From Acidobacteriota bacterium (lineage in GTDB: Bacteria > Acidobacteriota > UBA6911 > RPQK01 > JAJDTT01): a DNA stretch of 64,000 nt. Position numbers and translations under genes: made by a program. The notes below the pieces were generated by a model. That model saw only the letters and a program-made list of their open reading frames with translations. It was not told the origin of the DNA and searched no databases. The stretch covers positions 4,352,001 to 4,416,000 of the forward strand of contig CBDCJH010000002.1 in the NCBI GenBank assembly GCA_965217775.1. Direction: 5' to 3'. The stretch's first letter is position 1, and each line of letters opens with the position of its first letter. This document shows, one piece after another, positions 1-8,639 of the stretch.

Positions 1-454
1 GTTCCAGATGTTGCCGGAAACGGACGTTGATGGAACGGAAGCGTTCGGTCACCCCGTCTTCTCGGCCGCATTTGTCGCAACTGCCGGCGTGGTATTGCTG
101 GTGGGCGCAGTGGAGGCAGACGTGGGTCTCCTCCCCCACCGGGGTGGTGAAGGGGCCCTTGATGGCGACGCGAAGGTGCCGGATCGCCTCCACCGTCTCG
201 TCGGGAAACTCGCTGCCGTAGTGGTGCAGTCCCTCCAGGCCGGCATAGAGGGGACACCAGGAGATGCTGCGGCTGCCGCCGTAGGCTCGCTGCACCGCCC
301 CATCCACAACGTTGCGCATCACCGGGGTGATGTCCAGACCGATCCCGTCGCCCCGCAGGACGCCGATGATAGGGTTGTCGCCGACGACGAGGTGGCCGTC
401 CCGATATTCGATCAGGTCCCCCGCCGGGATCTTCACTGCCTTGAACTGAGCCAC
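1..454 (-). CDS. icd: NADP-dependent isocitrate dehydrogenase, 5' part (runs off window), with zinc-ribbon-like insertion
   Basis: Manual translation from GTG at 454 (GGAGG RBS at 461-465): ...NPIIGVLRGDGIGLDITP...AIKGPFTTPVG-[insert]-RFRSINVRFRQHL; matches IDH motifs GDGIG, KGPxTTP, RSxNV. Not in the ORF track. Confidence 0.9.
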   Translation of the reverse strand, partial: MAQFKAVKIPAGDLIEYRDGHLVVGDNPIIGVLRGDGIGLDITPVMRNVVDGAVQRAYGGSRSISWCPLYAGLEGLHHYGSEFPDETVEAIRHLRVAIKGPFTTPVGEETHVCLHCAHQQYHAGSCDKCGREDGVTERFRSINVRFRQHLE

Positions 455-586
455 GCGATTCCTCCTGAAGACTCCGCTGTCGAGTGTTTTTGCCCGTCGA
501 GTAACTGTCGCGGGCGGGTTGCAAGGAACTTTATTTTACGCCGCAGACCCTCGCCTTGGCCACTTCTCCGGAAAGTTTTTCCGTAA

Positions 587-744
587 CAGTCCGTGGTGAA
601 AGTCCCGCGAGCACCGAGACCGTTCCTGCGCCCGCCGGACAAGGCGCGATTCGGGTGCATACCGGGAGTATGTGCCCGAATCGCAACGCCGTCCGCCGGG
701 ATGCAGGGACGGTCGAATGCCGTGATGACTTTTGCCACGGGCTG
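587..744. mobile_element. 158-bp MITE-like element, copy 1
   Basis: Imperfect 18-bp terminal inverted repeats (CAGTCCGTGGTGAAAGTC / GACTTTTGCCACGGGCTG); near-identical inverted copy of the same length at 15014-15171. Confidence 0.8.
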
Positions 745-830
745 GTAAAGGAGATGACACCGATTGGGGAAGATATCCGGTAACCCCGCATCCGGTTGCC
801 AGCAACTCGGTCTTGTGTTTCCATTTCCCC

Positions 831-1733
831 ATGAATCAGCAAAGAGTGGCATATGTGAACGGCCGGATCGTCCCCGAGAGCGAGGCTCGGATCTCCATCG
901 TGGACCGCGGCTTCATCCTGGGAGACGCCGTCTTCGACACGACGCGGACGTTCGGACACAAGATCTTCCGTCTCGAAGAGCATTTGGACCGGCTCTTCGA
1001 CTCCCTCCGCTACACCCGCATCGATCCGGGCATGAGCCGGGCCAAGCTGGCGGAGTTGACCCTGCAGGTGCTGGAGGCCAACCTGCCCCTGCTGGACCCG
1101 GAGGACGACTACTGGGTCACCCAGCGGGTCACCCGGGGCACTCCCAGCGGAGACGGGGGATACGATCCCACGGTGATCGTCGACTGCCAGCCTCTCCCCT
1201 TTCTGGAACGCTCCCGTTACTATCGCGACGGTCTGCCCGTCCGGACCCCCTCGGTGCGGCGGACCCCGCCCGAGTCCATGAGCCCCCGGGCCAAGACCCA
1301 CAACTACCTGAACCTGGTGATGGGCGACCTGGAGGTGAAGGCGGCGGATCCCCAGGCCCTTTCCATCCTCCTGGACCTGGACGGCAACCTCTGCGAGGGG
1401 ATGGGCAGCAACATCTTCCTCGTCCGGGACGGGGAGCTGGCCACGCCGCTGGACCGGTACGTCCTGGCCGGCATCAGCCGCAGTGTCACCTTCGAGCTGG
1501 CCGCAAGCCTGAACCTGCCGGTCCATCAGATGGACATCGATCTGTTCGATGCCTACGCGGCGGACGAGGTCTTCATCACCTCCACCAGCTGGTGCATCTG
1601 CCCGGTCTCGACCATCAACGGGTCTGTCGTGGGCGCGGGCCGGGTCCCGGGACCCGTGACGCAACGGCTGCAGGAAGCGTACAGCGAGCTCGTGGGCATC
1701 GACATCATCCGGCAGTACACCCGTTGTCTGTAG
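831..1733 (+). CDS. PLP-dependent aminotransferase class IV (IlvE/D-amino-acid aminotransferase family)
   Basis: DRGFILGDAVFDTTR, HLDRL, AKTHNYL (PLP lysine), EGMGSNIF, LAGISR, ADEVFITST; start placed at ATG 831. Confidence 0.9.
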   Translation: MNQQRVAYVNGRIVPESEARISIVDRGFILGDAVFDTTRTFGHKIFRLEEHLDRLFDSLRYTRIDPGMSRAKLAELTLQVLEANLPLLDPEDDYWVTQRVTRGTPSGDGGYDPTVIVDCQPLPFLERSRYYRDGLPVRTPSVRRTPPESMSPRAKTHNYLNLVMGDLEVKAADPQALSILLDLDGNLCEGMGSNIFLVRDGELATPLDRYVLAGISRSVTFELAASLNLPVHQMDIDLFDAYAADEVFITSTSWCICPVSTINGSVVGAGRVPGPVTQRLQEAYSELVGIDIIRQYTRCL

Positions 1734-1783
1734 CCTGAATTTCTCAACCGGTCCAGGCCGGGCGCCGGTGATTCATATCGGCC

Positions 1784-2713
1784 ATGAGAATTCTCTATCT
1801 TACGTCGCCGGGTGAAGATTACCTTCAGGATCAGATCCTGCTGGGACTGCGGGAGTCCCTGGGGGCGCAGGTTCTGGACTACCCCCGAAAAAGCGTCCTC
1901 TACCGGAACTGCCCCGTTCCTCGAAAGGAACTGTATGGCCGGGGGTTCACTGTCTGGAAACTGCTGGATGACATTGACGTGGATCGGGGGGACCTGAACC
2001 GCCGGATCGAAGACGGCGACTTCGAGACCCTGATCTTCGGCAACATCTGGCGCCAGCGCCGGGAGTTCCGGGAATTCCGTGCCAGAGGTTACCTGCGCCG
2101 CTGTTTCCGCCGGGTGGGATTCCTGGACGGCGAGGACCACAAACGGCCCTACCTCCCGGCCCTGTGTTACGGCCTCTACTTCAAGCGGGAATTGAGACTC
2201 ATGCTTCCTGTTCCACGCTCCCGGAGGATCGGGTTCTCCATCCCAGGAGCCAAGATTCGGGCGCAGCCCCTGGAGAAGGACCAGCTCTTCGCCCGGCACG
2301 TCCAGTGCAAGGAAGCGTACAAGCTGGAGCAGATCCGCCGGCACTGTCGGAAGTCCTATCTGTTCGAGAAGGAGGAGGACTATTACCGGGACTTGGCCCG
2401 TTCCCAGTACGCGGTCACCATGAAGAAGATGGGGTGGGAGTGCCAGCGGCACTACGAGATCGCCGCCAATCATACGGTTCCCTGCTTCTACCGTCTGAGC
2501 CGCAAGCCGCGCCGGTGCGCGCCCCATGGTCTGGTTGACGGAGAGAACGTCCTGGCCTTCGATTCTGCCGATGAACTTCAGGAGAAGATCAACGAGGTCC
2601 GGCGAACCGGGCGGTATGCCGAATTGCGGGAGGGGGCCTTCCAATGGGCGGTTCGGAACAGTTGCCGCCGGGTGGCCGAGAGGTTATTGAACGCTCTTGA
2701 AGCGGTAGACTGA
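1784..2713 (+). CDS. Putative glycosyltransferase (GT-B, CgeB/Glyco_trans_1_2-like)
   Basis: C-terminal YYRDLARSQYAV...GWECQRHYEIAA...F-DSADEL pattern of GT1-like proteins. Confidence 0.6.
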   Translation: MRILYLTSPGEDYLQDQILLGLRESLGAQVLDYPRKSVLYRNCPVPRKELYGRGFTVWKLLDDIDVDRGDLNRRIEDGDFETLIFGNIWRQRREFREFRARGYLRRCFRRVGFLDGEDHKRPYLPALCYGLYFKRELRLMLPVPRSRRIGFSIPGAKIRAQPLEKDQLFARHVQCKEAYKLEQIRRHCRKSYLFEKEEDYYRDLARSQYAVTMKKMGWECQRHYEIAANHTVPCFYRLSRKPRRCAPHGLVDGENVLAFDSADELQEKINEVRRTGRYAELREGAFQWAVRNSCRRVAERLLNALEAVD

Positions 2714-4063
2714 GTGGGAACGATGCGGGGTTTGGTAAAACGGCCGGGAATAGCGATTCTTCTACTTCTGGCCTCCACTTGGGTCCTCCCTCAGTCCAGC
2801 TTTGACCGGGATCTCCTGAGCATGGCCGGGAAAGGGCAGACGGCCATCGTCAAGGTGTTGGTCGGGGCGGGAGCCGATCTGAACGCGCGGGACGATCAGG
2901 GTCGGACACCCTTGATGCTTGCAGCGGCCAACGGGCACAGGGAGACGGTCCTGATGCTGATCGACGCCGGGGCGGAGGTGGGGGCGACCGACTCCAAGGG
3001 GAGAACGGCCAAAACTCTGGCTGAGGCCGCCGGTCATAAGGTGATCGCCGAGTTGCTGGGGGCCGGAGGTGGGGGCGACAACCCCTGGAACGAGGCCAAG
3101 GAGGAGAGTCTGGTCCGGGCCACCAGCCTCTTCGACCTGGCCGAAATTCAGCGGGAGCAGCGCAACTACGCTGAGGCCGAACCCCTTTACCAGAGGGCAC
3201 TGGACATTTACGAACAAGTTCTGGGACCGGAGCATCCGGACGTGGCCGCCAGCCTCAACAACCTGGCACTGATCCACCGGGCTCAGGGAGACTATTCCAA
3301 GGCGGAAGACCTCTATACGCGGGCCCTGGACATCGTGGAAAAGGCGCTGGGGCCGGAGCATCCCGACGTGGCCACCAGCCTCAACAACCTGGCGTTCCTG
3401 CACCGGCACCAGCACCGGTACGCCCAAGCCGAAGCCCTCTACACACGGGCCATCGGGATCTACCGAAAAGCCCTGGGGGAGGAGAACCGGCAAGTCGCCG
3501 CGGGCCTGGAGAATCTGGCCGACCTGCACCGAATCCAGGGGAACGCGGACCAAGCCGAGCCCTTCTACCGGCAGGCCCTGGACATTTACGAACAAGTTCT
3601 GGGACCGGAACATCTCCAGACGGCCCCGAGCCTGTTCTCTCTGGCGGAGCTCCATCGAGTCCAGGGCAAGTACGGGCAGGCCGAGCCCCTTTACCGCAGG
3701 GCCATCGCCATCTACGAGAAGGTGCTGGGACCGGAGCATCCCGACGTGGCCAGAAGCCTGGGCGGCCTGGCCGAACTCTTTCGGGCGCAGGGGAAGTTCT
3801 CCGAAGCCGAACCTCTCTTCAAGCAGTCGCTGGAGATTTCCCGGAAGGCTCTGGCGCCGGGGCATCCGCAGGTGGCGTGGAGTCTCGGCAACCTGGGGTT
3901 CCTCTATCGGGACCAGCAAAGAGACGCCGAAGCCGAGCCGCTCCTGCGGGAGGCCCTGGACATCGGGAAGCAGAGCCTGGGCCCCGGACACGCCCTAGTG
4001 ACGGCGATCGAGAAGGCCTATTCGCAGTTGCCGCAGCAGGGTCAGGGCGGCGCGACGCAGTAG
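2714..4063 (+). CDS. Secreted ankyrin-repeat plus kinesin-light-chain-type TPR protein
   Basis: Hydrophobic N-terminus; ANK motifs (GRTPLMLAAANGH); about 7 42-aa TPR units (AEPLYQRALDIYEQVLGPEHPDVAASLNNLA). Confidence 0.9.
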   Translation: MGTMRGLVKRPGIAILLLLASTWVLPQSSFDRDLLSMAGKGQTAIVKVLVGAGADLNARDDQGRTPLMLAAANGHRETVLMLIDAGAEVGATDSKGRTAKTLAEAAGHKVIAELLGAGGGGDNPWNEAKEESLVRATSLFDLAEIQREQRNYAEAEPLYQRALDIYEQVLGPEHPDVAASLNNLALIHRAQGDYSKAEDLYTRALDIVEKALGPEHPDVATSLNNLAFLHRHQHRYAQAEALYTRAIGIYRKALGEENRQVAAGLENLADLHRIQGNADQAEPFYRQALDIYEQVLGPEHLQTAPSLFSLAELHRVQGKYGQAEPLYRRAIAIYEKVLGPEHPDVARSLGGLAELFRAQGKFSEAEPLFKQSLEISRKALAPGHPQVAWSLGNLGFLYRDQQRDAEAEPLLREALDIGKQSLGPGHALVTAIEKAYSQLPQQGQGGATQ

Positions 4064-4082
4064 GCGCTACCCCTCTTGAGAG

Positions 4083-5288
4083 CTATCCCACCAGGGAGGC
4101 GGCGACGGCGTTGGAGACGATTCCCAACTCCCGGTCGCTGTAGGGCTTGTTGCTGAACAGGGTCATGAAGAGGCCGGTCTCGGGGTCGGCCCAGACCGAG
4201 CAGCCCGTCACACCGTAGTGACCGAAGGCCCGCGGTGAGACCAGGCTCCCCATAAACTGGAAGTGCCCGTTGTCCCGCAGTTGCCAACCCAGGCCCGTGG
4301 CGTGGGCGATCCGGTGAGTCCGGCTCAAACCGGGGAGCCGCGGGATCTGGTTGCCGGTCATCATCCGGACCGTGGCCGGACTGAAGATGCGCACGCCCCG
4401 GTATTCTCCGCCGTTCAGGAGCATCTGGAGAAACCGGGCGTAGTCTTGCACGGTGGAGAAGAGTCCGCCCCAGGGGTTGGCCAGGCGGTGGAAGTAGTCG
4501 GTGTTCCAGTTGCTGACCGCCGTCGCCAGATCGGGGGGAAGGGCACAATCGGAGATCCGGCTCCGGTCCTGATCGGTCCGGCCCAGGAAGGAGTCGGGCA
4601 TATCCAGGGGCCGGAAGAACTCCTTTTCCAGGAAATCCGGGGTGGGCATGCCGCCGGCGCGGGAGATCGCTTCGCTCAAGAGGAGGAAACCGGCGTTGCA
4701 GTATTTGACTCCGGTGCCCGGCGTGAAGTCGAACTTCCTCCGCTTGAACATCTCGCGGAGGAACCGGTCCAGGGGTTGACGGGTGGCCCGGAATTCCTGG
4801 TTGCGGGGGATGGAACCGAAACCGGAGGTGTGGGTCATGAGGTGGATGAGGCGAATTCCGTTCTGCTCTTCCGCCACTTCCGGAATGATCTCGTGAAGGG
4901 GTTGGTTCAGTTCCAGGAGCCCGCGTTCGATCAGCAGGCAGGCGGCGCTGGCGACGATGGGCTTGGTGCAGGAGGCGATGAGGAAGATGGTGTCGGCCGT
5001 CACGGGCAGTGCGGTGGCGGCACCCATGCGCCCGAAGACGCGGGGGGCGAGGGTGCGGTCGCCACGGCCGATCAGGATGGCGGCGCCGTATGCGGGCCGG
5101 GGGGACAGCATGCGTTGGACCAGGGCGTAGGCGCGGTCGAGACGGGTGGGGTCGAGGCCGAGGTCTTGGGGGTGGGCGTGGGGGTCCGGTTCGGAGGCGG
5201 CCTGGAGGGACGGCGGCGCGGCTGAGAGTAGGGCGCCGGCGCTCAGGTGGGTGAGAAAGAGGCGTCTGGTGGAGGTTGGTGGAGACAT
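4083..5288 (-). CDS. Serine hydrolase, beta-lactamase class C-like, Tat-exported
   Basis: TRRLFL Tat signal; SxxK (ASCTK); LMTHTSG; YCN; FGHYG. Confidence 0.88.
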   Translation of the reverse strand: MSPPTSTRRLFLTHLSAGALLSAAPPSLQAASEPDPHAHPQDLGLDPTRLDRAYALVQRMLSPRPAYGAAILIGRGDRTLAPRVFGRMGAATALPVTADTIFLIASCTKPIVASAACLLIERGLLELNQPLHEIIPEVAEEQNGIRLIHLMTHTSGFGSIPRNQEFRATRQPLDRFLREMFKRRKFDFTPGTGVKYCNAGFLLLSEAISRAGGMPTPDFLEKEFFRPLDMPDSFLGRTDQDRSRISDCALPPDLATAVSNWNTDYFHRLANPWGGLFSTVQDYARFLQMLLNGGEYRGVRIFSPATVRMMTGNQIPRLPGLSRTHRIAHATGLGWQLRDNGHFQFMGSLVSPRAFGHYGVTGCSVWADPETGLFMTLFSNKPYSDRELGIVSNAVAASLVG

Positions 5289-5399
5289 GGCAATTCTGAG
5301 AAAAGAGTAAAGAGAAAATAGGAAAGAGGGAAGAGGGGGTGTTTGGGGAATTGTCGATGGTCCGGGGTTTCTTGCTATTTTGAATCGTTTGAGGCGTTC

Positions 5400-8300
5400 C
5401 TATTGGAAGTCGCGGCTTTTGAGGCGGACCGGGGCGTTGTCCAGCTTGGGCCTCCAGATCTTGTCGACCACCAGGTGGGTGACTCTTTCCGCCACCTGGA
5501 GATTGCCGGTGACTCCCATGCAGGAGAGGGTCTTGGCCAGGACGGAATAGTGCTGGAAGGTCTGTTGCCAGATGACCAGGTTCACGAATCCCGTCTCGTC
5601 TTCCAGGGTCATGAAAGTGACGCCCCGTGCGGTCCCCGGCCGCTGGCGGCAAATGACCATGCCCGCATAGTGGACCCGGCGTCCATCCGGCATCCGGTTG
5701 AGTTGACGGGCGGTGGGCAGGCCCCAGGCGGCCAGCACGGGCCGCAGCGGTTTCAGGAGGTGGGCCTGGGAGCTGTGGCTGGTGACCCGATGGTCCCAGA
5801 CGATGCTCTCCAGCCGGCTCAGAGGGGGGAAGGGGGGCGCCGGAGCACGGCTGTTCAACGGCAACCGGGGCGGCCTGCGGCCGGCGAGGCCCTGGATCTG
5901 CCAGAGGGCGCTCCGGCGGTCCAGGCCGAAGCACTCGAAGGCGCCGGCCTCGGCCAGGGTCTCCAGCTTGTCCTGGCGGAGCCCGCTCCTCCGGACGACG
6001 TCCGGGAGATCGCTGAACGGAGACTGCCGGGCGGCCGCGTCCAACTTGTTCCAGTCCCCTTCCCCCATCCCCTTGACGTAGCGCAGGCCCATGCGGACCG
6101 CGAATCTGGAGGGCCGATCGGGAACGGCCGGACTTGGGACCAGAGTGCAGTCCCAGCGGCTGTGGAGAATGCTGACGGGCCGGATCTCGATCCCATGGAT
6201 CCGGGCGTCGTTGACGATGGTGGAGGGGGAGTAGAACCCCATGGGCTGGGCGTTCAGCAGGGCACAGGTGAACTCCGCCGGATGGTGGCACTTGAGATAG
6301 GCGGTGGCGTAGGCGATATGGGCAAAGCTGGCGGCATGGCTCTCGGGGAAGCCGTAGTCGCCGAATCCACGGATCTGCTGAAAGACGCGCTCGGCGAACT
6401 CCTCCCGGATCCCCTTCTTCACCATGCGGTCCACCAGCTTCCGGTGGTGCCGCTCGATCCGCCCCGAACGCCGCCAGGCCGCCATGTCCCGCCGCAACTG
6501 GTCGGCCTCGCCCGGCGTGTAGTCGGCGGCCACCATGGCCAGTTGCATCACCTGCTCCTGGAACAGGGGGATCCCCAGGGTCTTCTGCAGGACGGGAACG
6601 AGGGAGGGGTGGGGGTATTCGACCGCTTCCTCCCCTTTCCGCCGCCGCAGGTAGGGATGCACCATGCCTCCCGTGATCGGTCCGGGACGGACGATGCTGA
6701 TCTCGATCACCAGGTCGTAGTAGTTGCGCGGCTTGAGGCGTCCCAACATGGCCATCTGGGCGCGGCTCTCGATCTGGAACACCCCCACCGTATCGGCGCG
6801 GCAGACCATGTCGAAGGTGGCCGCGTCCTCCTTGGGGAGGGTGGCCAGGGAGAGGTCCCGGCGCCGGTGCCGGCGCAGGAGATCGAAGCAGAGATGCAGA
6901 TGGGTGAGGGCGCCCAGCCCCAGCAGGTCCACCTTGAACAGGCCCGCCTGCTCCACGTCCTCCTTGTCCCACTGGATGACGGTCCGGCCCTTCATGGTGG
7001 CGTTCTCGATGGGCACCAAGTCGTGGACGGGCCGGTGACCCAGCAGAAAGCCTCCGGGATGGATGGAGAGATGGCGGGGGAAATCCTGAATCTCCTGCAC
7101 CAGGGTCACCAGATGGCCCAGGGCCGTGCTCCGGGAGTCGAGTCCGGCCTGCTCCACCAGTTCCTCGCTCCAGCGTTCGTGGGAGACCAGCTTGGCCAGG
7201 CGGTCCAGGCTGGTGGCTGAAATCCCCAGCACCTTCCCCACTTCCCGGATGGCGGATCGATAACGGTAACGGACCACGTTGGACACCATGGCGGCGCGGT
7301 CGCGCCCGTACTTCCGGTACACGTGCTGGATCACCTCTTCCCGGCGGTTGTGCTCGATGTCCAGATCGATGTCGGGGGGCTCGGCCCGCTCCCGGGACAG
7401 AAAACGCTCGAAGAGGAGGTCCACCTGGGTCGGGTCCACGCTGGTGATTCCCAAGGCGAAACAGACGGTGGAGTTGGCGGCCGATCCCCGGCCCTGGCAG
7501 AGGATGCCGTGGCGGCGGCAGTACTCGACGATCTCGTGCATGGTCAGGAAATAGCCCTCGTACTCCAGCTCCCGGATCAGATCCAGTTCCTTCTCCAACT
7601 GCGGGACCTGGCTCCGGAACTTCCCGCCCAGGCGGCGCTCGGCCCCTTCGAAGGTCCGCCGGTGCAGGTACCGGTTGGAGTCCATTCCTTCCGGCAGGCG
7701 TTCCAGCGGATAGCGGTAACGCAACTCCTGGAGCGAGAAGGAACAGCGGGCGGCCACCTGACGGGTCCGTTCGACCGATTCCGGATCATCGGCAAAGAGG
7801 CGAGCCAGATCGTCGGGACTCTTCAGGGCGTGCTGATCGTTGGGCCGGATGAGCCGGCCGGCCGCGGGCAGAGTCACTCCTTCCCGGATACAGGTCAGGA
7901 CGTCCTGCAGGCGGCTCCGTTGAGGACAAGGGTAGAGGACCTCCACGGCGGCCACCGTGGGGAGCCTGAAGCGGTCTGCCAACTCCCGGAGACGGACCTC
8001 CCGCAGCACTTCCTCCGCCCGGCGGTGTCTGGGGATCAGGACGTAGAGGCGATCCTGAAAAGCGGCATGGATCCGTTTCAGGACAGGCTCGGCGTCCGTC
8101 TGGGAATCAGATCCGGGGTCCGGCGGCGGGATGCCCCAGAGGGCGATCAGGCCGGGACTTGAACGGCAGACCTCCCGCCAGCCCAGCCGGCACTCTCCCT
8201 TGGAGGAACGGAGGTGCCCGCCGGTCAGCAGGCGGCAGAGATTGCGGTAGCCCTCCTGGTTCCGGACCAGCAGCAGAAGCTCCGATCCGTCCCGGAGGTC

Positions 8301-8639
8301 GATCTGGGAGCCTACGATCAGGTGGATGCCCAAGCGGCGGGCGCGGACGTGGGCCCGGACGATTCCGTAGACTCCGTTGCGATCGGTGAGGGCCAGGGCG
8401 GGAATTCCCTTTTCATGGCAGGCCTCCACCAGTTCCTCGGGGTGGCTGGCCCCTTCCAGGAAGGAGTAGTTGCTCTTGCACCAGAGGGGGACGTAGGGAT
8501 GGGGAGCGGCGGTTTTCAGCCGCCGGGCTCCGGAGTGACAACTTGGCGCCGAAGAACGGGCGATTGGGAAATCGCCCTTCCTGTGGGCGACTGGAAATCG
8601 CCCCTCCTGTGGGCGACTGGAAATCGCCCCTCCGGTCAC
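5400..8639 (-). CDS. dnaE2: Error-prone DNA polymerase DnaE2 (ImuC)
   Basis: PHP domain (SNYSFLEGASHPEEL), GRGSAANS, PPDIDLD, C-terminal SRDF; probable GTG start at 8639 overlapping the imuB TGA (GTGA). Confidence 0.95.
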   Translation of the reverse strand: MTGGAISSRPQEGRFPVAHRKGDFPIARSSAPSCHSGARRLKTAAPHPYVPLWCKSNYSFLEGASHPEELVEACHEKGIPALALTDRNGVYGIVRAHVRARRLGIHLIVGSQIDLRDGSELLLLVRNQEGYRNLCRLLTGGHLRSSKGECRLGWREVCRSSPGLIALWGIPPPDPGSDSQTDAEPVLKRIHAAFQDRLYVLIPRHRRAEEVLREVRLRELADRFRLPTVAAVEVLYPCPQRSRLQDVLTCIREGVTLPAAGRLIRPNDQHALKSPDDLARLFADDPESVERTRQVAARCSFSLQELRYRYPLERLPEGMDSNRYLHRRTFEGAERRLGGKFRSQVPQLEKELDLIRELEYEGYFLTMHEIVEYCRRHGILCQGRGSAANSTVCFALGITSVDPTQVDLLFERFLSRERAEPPDIDLDIEHNRREEVIQHVYRKYGRDRAAMVSNVVRYRYRSAIREVGKVLGISATSLDRLAKLVSHERWSEELVEQAGLDSRSTALGHLVTLVQEIQDFPRHLSIHPGGFLLGHRPVHDLVPIENATMKGRTVIQWDKEDVEQAGLFKVDLLGLGALTHLHLCFDLLRRHRRRDLSLATLPKEDAATFDMVCRADTVGVFQIESRAQMAMLGRLKPRNYYDLVIEISIVRPGPITGGMVHPYLRRRKGEEAVEYPHPSLVPVLQKTLGIPLFQEQVMQLAMVAADYTPGEADQLRRDMAAWRRSGRIERHHRKLVDRMVKKGIREEFAERVFQQIRGFGDYGFPESHAASFAHIAYATAYLKCHHPAEFTCALLNAQPMGFYSPSTIVNDARIHGIEIRPVSILHSRWDCTLVPSPAVPDRPSRFAVRMGLRYVKGMGEGDWNKLDAAARQSPFSDLPDVVRRSGLRQDKLETLAEAGAFECFGLDRRSALWQIQGLAGRRPPRLPLNSRAPAPPFPPLSRLESIVWDHRVTSHSSQAHLLKPLRPVLAAWGLPTARQLNRMPDGRRVHYAGMVICRQRPGTARGVTFMTLEDETGFVNLVIWQQTFQHYSVLAKTLSCMGVTGNLQVAERVTHLVVDKIWRPKLDNAPVRLKSRDFQ
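8503..8633. repeat. REP-like hairpin cluster (one GGAGCGGCGG...CCGCC unit plus three tandem GGGCGACTGGAAATCGCCCCTCC units)
   Basis: Units start at 8503, 8558, 8585, 8611; same family recurs at many intergenic sites. Confidence 0.8.

Noticed and set aside
8-586. 192-aa plus-strand ORF
   Set aside because: Antisense shadow of icd on the minus strand.
3130-3990. 126-bp nucleotide periodicity
   Set aside because: Explained by 42-aa TPR coding repeats.
4042-7220. Long alternative ORFs (976 aa, 625 aa) and similar ones such as 20054-22912
   Set aside because: GC-rich off-frame or antisense shadows of real genes, low-complexity Pro/Arg/Gly content.
8558-8633. Three tandem 26-27-bp repeats as a CRISPR array
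   Set aside because: No spacers, no cas genes; members of the dispersed REP-like family.
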